36,429 bases of DNA from Sphaeroforma arctica JP610 (lineage: Eukaryota): assembly GCF_001186125.1 (NCBI RefSeq), contig NW_014040422.1, positions 17,862 to 54,290 of the forward strand, read 5' to 3'. The notes below the pieces were generated by a model. It was not told the origin of the DNA. It did no database searches and was given only the letters and a program-made list of their open reading frames with translations. The translations under genes and the position numbers were made by a program. Below, in pieces: positions 12,920 through 23,932 of this stretch. Each line of letters starts with the position of its first letter. Within the stretch, counting starts at the first letter, position 1.

Positions 12920-13885
12920 AGACGTATAGCTGAACATACATTTTGGACATGAGACGTGCGCTTACAAATAGTACAGTGAAGTTCTGCTGTCTAACAATCG
13001 GTACCGGTGTGGTTTTTAGACCCACTGCGACCGCATGCCTTGGTACAGGCAGAGGAGCGATGGCCGCTTTGGAAACACACAAAGCAGGGGTTCGGAGGTC
13101 GAGGGAAGCTGTGAGAGGCTTCCATGGCGTCGATACAATTAGTGAGGCCTTGGAGCATGGATTCAACAGACTGAGGGGGCTTCACAGCAGATGTTGTGGA
13201 TGCCGCAGCAACCTTAGGGAATGGAGCGTCGTGTATCCCGGGGCTGAACTTGTTCCAGCGTTAAAGGCATTCACAAAGTAAGAGGGAAGAGATATGATCA
13301 TGGTTGGGGACATCATGAGGATGTACATGCCTTGAACAAAAACAGCGGGGAAATCGTGTTTTTTTTTTTCAGAGGCCATGGTAGCAATTGAGGTGACACG
13401 CTTGCACCAGGTGCGAAGTGTGTCATCGTCGGTGCGGGAGAAGGATTTCAGAAAGTCGAACGAGATGAAATTGTTGATGGTGACGGAGTTGTTCTCGAAG
13501 GGACGACAAAGTTAGATGAGTAGAGCCCAGGGGTCTTCACAGAGTCTTTGGCGGTGAGAGAATCCAAAACGTCTTCAGAAAGTGATCGGAGTAAGAGGGA
13601 CTTGGCCAAGAGATAGGTACCATTTGTCTTGGTTTCTCGGCGAAAACAAATGATGCCTTCGATCTTAGCAGTATCAGCAGCGGGCGTACGTTGATGAATT
13701 GGGGTGCTAAGTTGTTTGGCAAGAATTTCTCGTTCGATGTGCTTGTAACGTAGAACACCTTCAATGTCGTCCTTGTATTCTGTATTGGCAATGAGATGTG
13801 CCCACCACTTGTCATAGTTCGATCCATCGTAAAGAAGTTTGAACCATCGGATTTTACGGCTCTCGCCTGAGATTGAGTCGGACAT
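12920..13885 (-). pseudogene. Copia gag with CCHC zinc knuckles, frameshifted
   Basis: LLYDGSNYDKW N-terminal motif; CFVCFQSGHRSSAC and CTICKRTSHVQNVC knuckles. Confidence 0.85.
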
Positions 13886-13928
13886 AGCAAATATAATGAA
13901 GTTGGTACAACTTTTTGATCAAAAGATA

Positions 13929-13940
13929 GTGCCCATAACC
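13929..13940 (-). promoter_or_regulatory. Primer binding site, copia-type (internal fragment of initiator tRNA-Met)
   Basis: GGTTATGGGCAC directly after the 5' LTR; resembles the Drosophila copia PBS GGTTATGGGCCC. Confidence 0.8.
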
Positions 13941-14165
13941 TATAAAGACCAATAAAAGCTTTATTCCTGAGAGACTGTTTTATTAATTGAATATTACTTG
14001 ACATTTTATGCCAGTAAAACTGGACTAGTGTCTATTTATCTGGAGTCCCAAATGGGCAGAGGAGTAAAAACCAGAAGTATAAATAATAGAGTAATGTGGA
14101 TGTGAGGACCAGTTCACTTCTACCGGATGACTTCTAAGATCGTAGAGCAACTTTAGTGCTCAATA
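13941..14165 (-). repeat. Copia 5' LTR (225 bp)
   Basis: Homologous to 8263-8488; flanked by the PBS and the TSD. Confidence 0.93.
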
Positions 14166-14170
14166 GAGAA

Positions 14171-14390
14171 CTAGAGACTCTCTACTCTAGTCTCTACTCT
14201 AGAGTAGTAGGCTCTAAACATGTACTAATAGTAACAGTCTACTGACTACTCACTCTACACTCTCACACTACTAGTCTCTAGTGCGAGTCTCTAGTCTCTG
14301 GTCTCTACACTCTACGCACTACAGTCTACAGTGTCTACACAGGAATACAGGGGTCTGCTGTCTACAGTCTACAGTCTACAGTCTACCCTC
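14171..14390. repeat. Low-complexity (TCTACAG/CTCTAGT)n repeat
   Basis: tctacagtctacagtctacagtctac etc.; reverse complement of the 7900-7983 motif. Confidence 0.7.
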
Positions 14391-16084
14391 CACATAGTAC
14401 AGACGTCAGGCTGTATCTATTCAGTATTGAGTTTTATTTTGTCGTTTGTCCGCGACTCCGCAGTCCGCACTCCGAGTCCGCAGGACAAATTTGAAAATCA
14501 AGAAGTGCAAAATTCAAAATTCACAAGAAGAATGAAAAAATATTTTTATTTTAGTTCTTTGGTAAAAAAAATGAGTCCTGTTCTTTTGTTTTTATATTTT
14601 TAGTTTATTATAGAAAGACGTCAACTCAACTTTATTTTTTCACTATGTATCTAAATACTTCCTATCTTTTTTACTTGGAAATATTTATGTTTTTATTTAT
14701 TTACGTACAGAATTAAAATTAAAAAAACAATGTAAGTGTGTATGTATGTTTGTACATCACTATATATGCCTATTTATAAAAAAAAGATTTAGAGGGCTAC
14801 GTATGTATGTGAATTGTCGAAAAAGTATTAACTTTTTTTTATAGACAAACACTTTGGCTACAAAATAATAGTACTTCCCAAAAAAATAGTCAGCTCAGCC
14901 TCACAGGCCTCAGACCTCCTCAGCCCTCAGGCGCACGGACAGGAGTCTTTTCAATTACTGTAACGTACATAAAGTTATAAAATAACAAGACGACTCTGGT
15001 GGACTATCCATCTACTCCTCTTCTAGAGTAGAGCATTCTTTTGAAAAAGGTTTTTTAGAATTCTATTGAAAAAAACACAGATTATCTGTTCTAGTATTAA
15101 CTAGGAGTACTCTACTAGCTATTTGTACTTTAACTGGGCTATTGCTAAATATTTATAACAAAATTTGTAGTACATGCACACAGTATTTGTTCTCTTTGAA
15201 AAAAAGACTGTACGTAAATAATTCGGCAGGCTATGTCGCTATGGTATTTATATATTGCTATTACGATCTCACGGTATCACTGAAAATCACAGCTGAAAAT
15301 TCCGAGATAGTGACGAGACTCGAGAATCGTCACCATTACATCAATATCATGGGCAAGGCTAATAACGTTATGGGGATACGGATAGAAGTTGAACGTAATC
15401 GCATATTTGATCATTTTTTAAACGTTATAACGGTTATAATGTGATCAGAAGGGTCTACCTAAGTTCTTTTATAGGACTGGTTCGTATCGTGAACATGGTA
15501 CACATTTAAATGTTTAGACCCGCGAGTTGTACCTATGTGCATACAAAGGACCGCATATGAAATAAAAGTTTAACGTAAACAAGTTTCAACGGAAAACGGT
15601 TTGAGGTTAGGGCCTGCAAACCTTCCTGGAACAATTTGGTTCCTGGTTTTCATAGGGTAGTAAATTCGCATTTTTTTTCCAGGAAATTTGTCATATTTTA
15701 GGAATTTCTGTCCAAACAGTATGAAAATACGCCCTGAAATTGCTAGGAAAAACATAAAACCAAAAGATCCAAAATACAAGCCATAGTGCTAGAGACTAGA
15801 ACAAAAAAACCCTAAAACCTTATGCAGAACACTTTAGCACCCGGACATATTTTCTAGAAATAAATATATCATATTTTCTGTTACTACACTCAGTCTCGGA
15901 CCTCGGCTCTCGGTTAGCCGGTGGTTTGTATTCTATAAATAGAATAATCTGAGAAGAAGTCTCAAATTACTTTTACGTTCTCTCGGGCTGACCCACCTAT
16001 ACTTATATTAATTGAGAACAAGTCCCAAATTACTCTCGGGCTGACGACGTAAAACGTTATTAACGTATATAGAAATACGTCTAC

Positions 16085-17242
16085 TACTGTAGTCTCTCTT
16101 TCCCAGCTACTTCGAACAAGCACAGCGTATCTTTGAACACAGCAACATAGACGTGTTCGCAGCACCTCATAACGCACAGCTTCCTAGGTTTTGGACAAAG
16201 AACGAGCGCGACGGTGCATTTGATCATAACTGGGCGTTCGTTGACAGATGGATGAATCCGCCGTGGAGGTTGATACATCGCATGCTTCGGAAGATCAAAG
16301 CGGATGGGGCTACAGCGACGGAGTGCTTACCTTGGACACCTCGCGTATCATGGTTTGACATTTTCAAATCTTTATTACACATCGAGCCAATGTTAGTACC
16401 CCGGACCCCGTATACATTTCGAAAGTACGCGAAGTATGCCTGTGGAAAGACGACGTGGGGACATACGGTCGTTGAACGAGTGGGGCCGCCGTCAGGTTTC
16501 CAGCTCGCCGAGAGCTTTACACAAAGATTGGGCTATGCCGAACCTCGACACACACCATACCATCAGTTTTTGGATACGACACGAGAGATTTCCTTAGCGT
16601 TATCTAGTGAGGGAGCACAACCGACCTTTGCGAATGCCACACCGATGGAACAACAACGACGTACACACCTCATACAGGCACAGCATGAGCAAGGCCACCA
16701 CGGCGCTGCCGATACTGTCCAACAGTTACAAAAGAACGGCCATGTCTGGCCGGGGGCATTAGAACTGGCTACCGAAATTAAACGGCAGTGTGTACAGTGT
16801 TTGGGCCAGGATACTCTACGTAAAGGCTTCCATCTGATGATAGAATTGATGCAAAGTACCCTTGGGATCACATTCAGGTGGACTATAATCCAATGCCGGT
16901 AACGTCCACAAGACAGAATAAATTTGTCCTCCGTGTATTAGATGTGGCTTCCGGCTATTCGATCTTACGTGCTACACCCGATAAGACTAAGGAAACCACC
17001 GCGCAGATGTTGTTGTCTATCTTTGGCAAACGTGGCTTCTCTCGCAAGTTAAAGACAGATCAGGGTAATGAGTTTACGAACAACATGGTCGCCCTCATTG
17101 TCAAGGCAGTGGGTATACTTCACAAAGTATCACCACCTTACAGATCACAGGTGCTGGGGGCAATGGAGCGTCGGCACAAGGAGATAACACGTTCGATACG
17201 CATCGTATGTGAGGCAGTACCTCAACCATGGGACGAACGACT
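16085..17242 (+). pseudogene. Gypsy pol fragment: Dam-like methyltransferase + integrase HHCC + integrase core (sister subfamily of the 20555 element)
   Basis: DVFAAPHNAQLPRF, WMNPPW (16255-16266), HEQGHHG...CVQC, DVASGY, TDQGNEF, GAMERRHK. Confidence 0.9.
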
Positions 17243-20209
17243 GAGTTTCTGGTGTCCTTTTTTTAATTTGCGAAATATGAGGTCGATTTGTGTTATTTGG
17301 AACTCTGGTGTCCATGCAACTAAACGTTGGTGATTAGATTTTATATAGGGTTTAGGGTTTTTAGGTAGATTATTTTTGCTTCAAATTGGCTTATCACTTT
17401 ATAAAACCAACGAAGACTCTATGCTTCGTCAAGACCCGAAATCTGCGCATTCTTACGGGCTTCTCGCAATGCCCCTTGAGTGTCGCGCTCCATAATGTTG
17501 CTGAGGTTATACCAGTTCGAGGGCCACTCCGGCCAACTACGTGGTTTTCGTGGTTCCTGTTTGTTCGCCGGTCGTGAGTCATGGGTTGCTCTTAATGTCT
17601 CGAGTACACCTCTTAGTGCCTCCGCTCGTGGCAAGTTGTTGGCTTCCATTGCACTACATAAATCCTCCGACAATTTGAGCATACGCGCGTGCAAGGCTTG
17701 GCGGTCCGCCGCTATTCTGTCTGGTGTATGAGGTGTGGCCTGCTGAGCCAAGCATCAACGCTTCTCCGATGACGTGGCTTGACTCGACGGTGTGCGTTCA
17801 AGCATCCTGTGTGACGGTAGACTGTCATTCATAGCTTCTCGTACAAAATGTTGCCTCTGACGTTGTGCTTATAAAGATGTGTCCATATTGTCACGTCGAC
17901 TATCCAGTGCCTCCCTCCCGTGAGGGTTCTGTGTAGCTCTACGTTGTTTCTTTGCAACCTTTTGACGAGATATCGTTTCCTGTTGTGTATCGCTTTCGTC
18001 CTGATCCGACGATGTGTCCCCTAACCCATGACGGACATTGTCGGCTCCTCTAATGCGGAACTCGATGTTGTCCGATGATGAAGGTGTGTTCCCTCGTCAC
18101 AGTCGACGCAAACACCGTTCATGCCTCTCGAGGAGTTGTCCCCTCCTGGTAGTGAGCCTGCGACGTCGAATGTGGTGTTCTCATTAGTTCGGGGATACGT
18201 CGTTTAGTCTAGCCCGTCGCGTTGTTGTTGTGCTGTTAGTGTCCACTGGAGTATTGTTTGGTTAGTTCAACGTTCTGACTCTAAGTCCTCCGACACTTCT
18301 CCATCCGCTTAGGAAGCCACGTTGATGGATGTCATCCCGTTCACGTTGTTCTGGGGATAGCTGTTGCTGCCGACGACTCTGTCGAACGTTAGCCATGGTT
18401 GAAGTAAACTTGTGTTTGTCTATTGATAGCAATCTGTTTCAACTTCTTTTTCTTCTGACTTAAATAGGCATTCGACTGTTCATCTCACGCCTACAAATCA
18501 CTCGAAGTCCCATTAACCGTTCTCTCATCAATATGTTTTTGTACCCCTGCCTTGGTCTTGTTGCACTAACATCGTCCACACTTGAACCTCGTGCTCCAAA
18601 CTACCCCGGTTATCCTTGCGGCTGCTCTTTACTCCTTCCGACCAACTCCGTACTCTCGAAACCCATGCCATTACTCGTTTTGTGGGTTCTTTACTACTCA
18701 TGTTCTTGCTCTATCGTTCCGTACACATGTTTTTTTTTGCTACCCACGTTCACCCGTTTCACTTTTGGCTCTGACCCTAGTTAGTTGGCTAGATTGCTGC
18801 CTATCCTCGTCGTCGCTGTGTCTTGGTGCTGCACGTTCTCACACCACACTTGTCTACCGTAACTCATACGGTATATTCATATTCACATTGAAATCGACGA
18901 ATTTGGTCGGACTATTCATATGCACATTTACAATTCTCACTCCCTCGTGTACTCAATTTAGTACTGTGTACACACACCCTATCGTTCTATGTAGCGTCGT
19001 GCCACTCCTATTGTTTTTGTATCTTTTATCTTATGTACCCGAACTTGCTGTATGACTGTCATTGCATGTGCATCTTCCTTTAGTGTATACGTGTGCATGT
19101 CATTTCTTTGCAAACATATGTCTTCTACTAATAACCTAGTTAGTTTACACATGATTACTTAAGTATCTATCCCATATCATGCCTCTCTCTCTTATTCCTG
19201 TACCCGATTTCTTACGTACCTTTTGGAGGCCTGTACACACGTGTACTTCGTGCTCGTTGCCATGGCGATGCTCAAACGTATACACCTACCTGACTTTTTT
19301 TTGTTTTCCTTGACCCTCTAATACCGTCTACAGTTCGTCCAAATCCTCCTTATTCTTCTGGATATCCTTCTTGATTTGAGTCGACTCTCGTTCCGGTATC
19401 GATGCCCATGGCTCCGTGCGCTCCTCTTGTCGCGGCATGGTCCGCAGAGTCCATGTCAATGTGGTCGTCGGATTCCTATTCTCTTGTTCCCACACAACAT
19501 TTTCTCTGAATCGATTCTCCGTTGTGTTATCTATCGTTGATGTCCTTTGGGTCTCCTGACTGCTAACTTCTATGTCCTCTAGTCGTCTTCCCCTCTCATC
19601 TAACCTGTCTACCTGTCGATGTACATGAGATTGTATTCTACGGTTGTGTTGACCCACACGGCTCGCCTGCCCCTGTATTCTTACGGTTCCCTCCGTCATT
19701 TCATGTTCTGAAGCACTACTGCTGTTTAGTAGAAGTGCGGGCATGCTATCGCTTGTATCGCTACTAATAAATCCACTATCCGTGTCATTTAACAATGGTT
19801 CGGTCGTGTTGGAAATCTTCATTTCAGTTGCTGATGTCTACTGATGCCTAGGACTTTCTCTCTTCTTTGTGTCATAAAAAAATAATTCTACTTCTATCTG
19901 TGGACCTCTCGTTCCTATTATCTTCTTTTCCTATGTAGGATAAGCTCAATTAATGTACAACATCTAAGTCAGTTAAAAATGTAGTAAGTAGTTGAGGATA
20001 ACTGTATCTCAACGTACTCCCCTCGTCAAGGGGAGACGTTGTTCATTTATTGAACTAAATCCTGCGACTATCATTTTGGTCATGTATTTTCCGTTAATCA
20101 GTTTTAACCTGATTGGATAAACCCAGTTCAAAATGTAGTCTTTAATAAAACTCAAATATCAAATAAACCATAATCCTAAATAAACCCTATCAGGGACTTC
20201 CTGACTACA
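17243..20209 (-). mobile_element. Gypsy family-2 5' portion, copy a: LTR start, accessory ORF, leader, truncated gag
   Basis: Begins TGTAGTCAG (cf. TGTGGTCAG at 20555); gag PRSWPEWPSNWYNLSNIMERDTQGAL is homologous to the gag at 22799; near-identical to 29533-31708. Confidence 0.85.
19328..19822 (-). CDS. Accessory ORF upstream of gag (family 2), low-complexity, DSGFIS motif
   Basis: 164-aa ATG ORF; N-terminus aligns with ORF 20933-21400. Confidence 0.5.
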   Translation of the reverse strand: MKISNTTEPLLNDTDSGFISSDTSDSMPALLLNSSSASEHEMTEGTVRIQGQASRVGQHNRRIQSHVHRQVDRLDERGRRLEDIEVSSQETQRTSTIDNTTENRFRENVVWEQENRNPTTTLTWTLRTMPRQEERTEPWASIPERESTQIKKDIQKNKEDLDEL

Positions 20210-20214
20210 ACAGT

Positions 20215-20552
20215 ACAATTATGCTTATTATCAACAGGGGAACATGAACAAACAGGTCTCCTCAAGAAAGTAAGAACATGTTAAGACTTACGCGAGATCA
20301 ATTACCAACATGAACAAGATAATTCGTGCTGCCAAAAATAAACGAGGTATTACACAACTACAAGGAATCCTTCTCATAGCTAGATCTCACGGAGATTTTT
20401 GCCACTCTTTTGTAGACGAAGCAAGCCAACATTTCTTCACATTCTTGTGGAGAGGAGCGCAATACTCATTCAAGCCAGCGCCGTTTGGCCTACACTCACT
20501 CACAGTACAATTTCAGAGAGTCATGGCAAACTTGCTCATAGACATCAAATAA
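20215..20552 (+). pseudogene. Old Gypsy reverse transcriptase fragment between two back-to-back LTRs
   Basis: KKVRTC.DLR.IN, FTFLWRGAQYSFKPAPFGLHSL..QFQRVM. Confidence 0.85.
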
Positions 20553-20932
20553 GTTGTGGTCAGAATACAAGTACTTAGGTTTTAGTTGTTTATTTTCGTT
20601 ATTATAGTTTTTAACAGTTTATCAGAATAATCTAATAAACTTGGTTTTTGCTGACTATTACAGCACATGACTTATGACTCACTTTAAGAGTCACTAATTT
20701 TACAATTACTAATAAATGAACAACGTCTCCCTCTCTACGGAGGGAGAATGTTGCGATACAGTTATTTAAGAGTTCGTTTACCACATTTTTAACTTACCAT
20801 GGAAGTTGTGAGTTTATTAATAATTAGGAAATAGGCTACTTTATAATAATTGAATGAAATTTATTACATTTTTCTACAGGAATACGACGAACGAAGAAAG
20901 AGAACACCGATTGTTATAATAGCGGAAGTAAG

Positions 20933-21400
20933 ATGGCGCGACAAAATGACAAAATCTTTCAGAATCTACCCGCGGTAGAAGACGATAGTGGGTACACAAG
21001 TAGTGACGCTAGTGCCACAAGGCCATCATTGATGTCGAGTAGTGGCAGCGATGAGGAAGAAACGCCGAGACCGAACGATCAGCACGACCGATGGAATCAG
21101 CAAAAGGAATCTGAAGTGAACAATGGACCCTTCAGGCTCAATAGAATCAGTATGGCTAGACAGCTCGAACGTTTCAGGCTTCCTAGACAGGTATCTAACT
21201 TTACTGTGGCTCCAAGAACGGGGGCAAACAACGACAATACGACCGAACCCAAGGAGCCCACGACCGAACCCAAGAAGCAATCGAATCTGGAACAGACATC
21301 TGAAGTACAAGAACGAAATGAGCAGGACACGAAGGGCCAAACGGCCAAGACGAGGGTCCAGCCAGACGATCAGTTAAGTAGAAACGATGGTACAAAGTAG
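20933..21400 (+). CDS. Accessory ORF upstream of gag (family 1), DSGYTS motif
   Basis: 155-aa ATG ORF with a homologue at the same position in family 2. Confidence 0.5.
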   Translation: MARQNDKIFQNLPAVEDDSGYTSSDASATRPSLMSSSGSDEEETPRPNDQHDRWNQQKESEVNNGPFRLNRISMARQLERFRLPRQVSNFTVAPRTGANNDNTTEPKEPTTEPKKQSNLEQTSEVQERNEQDTKGQTAKTRVQPDDQLSRNDGTK

Positions 21401-22514
21401 TTTGGTGATTATATGTTGTAGAAACAAATAGTATGGATGAAATTGTGGGTTAGATATCGAGTTAGAACCCTATTCTGTAATTATTTTTTTTGTTAGAGGA
21501 TGCTCAGTAGAAATTGCATTAGAGAAATGGAACCAGTGTATATAGAGAGTAAGATCTAAGGGGTTGTATGCATAGAAGCAATCGGGAATAGAATTAGGAA
21601 TGTTGCTCCTACGGTAGATGGGGCAAGTATATATAATGCTACAAGAAATACGCCCTTCCTCTAGGCATAGACAAAAGGAAGAGTTAGGTAGTTCGCAATG
21701 TCCCAGTTAGAAAATACTGAAAGAGACTAAAACGAAGGTTAGAAAGCAAGTAAGGACACAAAGAACAAGTCAGCGTAAACAATTATAGATGTATATCATG
21801 ATATCATAAGCATAGTGCGTTACTAACGTGGTATGAGAGATTCTTCTTGACGAAATTGAGAGATCGAAGGGGAAGAGAGTATGTACATATTTAAATGGTA
21901 CCCAGGTACATTGAACAAAGAGGTTAGCAATAGGCTCTTGGAACGATACGGACTAATAGTACAATTTGAGTCTTACTGTAAATCAAAGAACCACCTTAGA
22001 AGTTACAGTACATAGACAAGGATGATATCTGGTAAACTAGGGGATGTCGAGGTAAGAATTGTATAATGCACAGTTAGAATCCACAGAGGCACTAGGAACT
22101 ACTTGTCTAAGCAAAACTTTGTGTTAGAGATGCTCGAAAGAAAGTACCAAGCAGGATCTAGAGGTAAACAGAGGGGTCCGTAGGGCACGACAGGCCGACA
22201 ATAGGCAGTTACATACCGATTACCGCAACGGCACATGCAGCTGCACAAGGGAGTGAGATTAGCAAAGGAAGGTGAGTAAAGCGAGAGCGGTGGAGCTCTC
22301 TAAGGAGCAAAAGTATGTCGCCGAAGAAGGATGTGACTCCGCTAGGAGGTTGGAGTAGCACCCAAGGAGTGTAGGGTGAACCCCGACAAGTATTTCATCG
22401 AAGGATATACGGCACCATAGTCTGCTGAAGGCATGAGCAGGATTCATGTACAAATGCACACCTCTGAAAAGGAACGTAGTGAAGGGCACGGAANNNNNNN
22501 NNNNNNNNNNNNNG

Positions 22515-23932
22515 GGAGGAAGACGACATAGACCGTCGAGGGACTAAGCGCCAACAACAACAGCGACAATCGTTCGAGAGGGCAGCAACCAGTGAGCATG
22601 TACAGACGCCTAAGCGAGCGGAGACGACGTCGCTCATATATCCACCCACACCGGCGAGTATTGAGAAAAGTCGACAGGTGCTACACGCACGTATACTACA
22701 CTTGAGCGACGAGTTATGCCAAGCAATAGAGGATAATTCGAGCTGAAGCTCTTAGGGGAGCGATAGAAAGGCTTCGAGCCACGCTAGAGTCCCGTCCAGT
22801 GGAAAAGCGTCCGGTACCATCACCTCGTACATGGCCCAATTGGCCCTCGAATAGATACCACCTCCACGACATAATGGAACGGGACACGAAGGGGGCTCTA
22901 TTGGAGGCTTTTAAAAACGCGCAAATCGCAGGGTTAGATGAGAGTTGGAGCCTTACATGGTTCCACAAGGTATTATCTTACTTTAAGGCTGAGAAGTCAA
23001 CATTGGTTTACATACGTGACAACTCTGAACGATTGAAGATGTGGACGCCACAACTACAAATCGAACAGACTTGCTCGCACGAGACTCAAGCCACTGTTGA
23101 TACCGCGTTTCGTAAGCTTGCCAGGAGCCACAACCGCAACATGCACACCCCTATTATGGAACAAATGACACAGCTCATGGAGAACCACAGGAGGGCACGT
23201 GAACGATGCCAGACGGATGCAGATTTCCAACAGAATTTATTAAACCACTGCATTGTTCAACTGTTGGAGGAAGCTCTCAACGGCCGTACGTATGAACACA
23301 CTCTACAATTGCATCCCAAATGGCAGTTAATGAAGACTCGCGAGCTTCTACAGTTGTTGAGTCCCGACATTCAGGACGCACAGCAGCGCACTGCGGCGCG
23401 ACTCCAGTACCGTAATAATCGCGAAGGTCCACCAAGTAATGGGGCTCGTGACTACACCAATAGCCGCCCTAACCCGCAAACGGTTCAACGACAGTCACAG
23501 AACTGGTCACAGCGACCCCAGCCGACATTACCTACAACGTGCGCTGGATGTCAGGCACAATCACCGCCAGGTTCACGTCATAATTCGTGATGTCACCATT
23601 TCCGAGCGTCGCCCCCAGGGGGAACGGACGGCAGGGCGCGGCCGTATGACACCAACCGCATATCACGAAACACACAACCGGCACACAGACCGTCCGCAGC
23701 TCCAACCTTAGGACAGGGACAGCCCAACAACCCGGGCAAAGACTTGGTCACTACACGCCCGACTCCGCAAGTACAGGTGAACGCGATTACAAACGACGAC
23801 AGTTTTGTACCACCATCAGCAGCTACAGAGGTACACATCAACACGATACTCACGGAAGACTTCGAGCACACGATACTGGAACCAGATCAGGACCACGGTG
23901 TATGGGAGACTGTTACCGATCAAGCATGAGAT
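22515..23932 (+). pseudogene. Gypsy gag, in frame with pol through in-frame stops
   Basis: ORFs at 22799, 23744, 23933 and 25097 share one frame; CAGC..H..C knuckle-like motif at ~23539-23593. Confidence 0.75.

Larger units (their letters stand above)
8263..14165 (-). mobile_element. Ty1/Copia LTR retrotransposon, degenerate, with both LTRs and a 5-bp TSD GAGAA
   Basis: Direct repeats 8263-8488 and 13941-14165; GAGAA at 8258-8262 and 14166-14170; PBS GGTTATGGGC; PPT; domain order gag-PR-IN-RT-RH. Confidence 0.95.

Noticed and set aside
15142..15960. Possible DNA transposon end or small ORFs
   Set aside because: No matching terminal inverted repeat or protein motif could be found
18582..19055. 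157-aa plus-strand ORF also open at 30156-30626
   Set aside because: It has a non-ATG start and is antisense to the element; the two copies are too similar for shared openness to be informative
23588..23929. In-frame TGA codons as programmed gag-pol readthrough
   Set aside because: The element has many other disabling mutations, so ordinary nonsense decay is the simpler explanation
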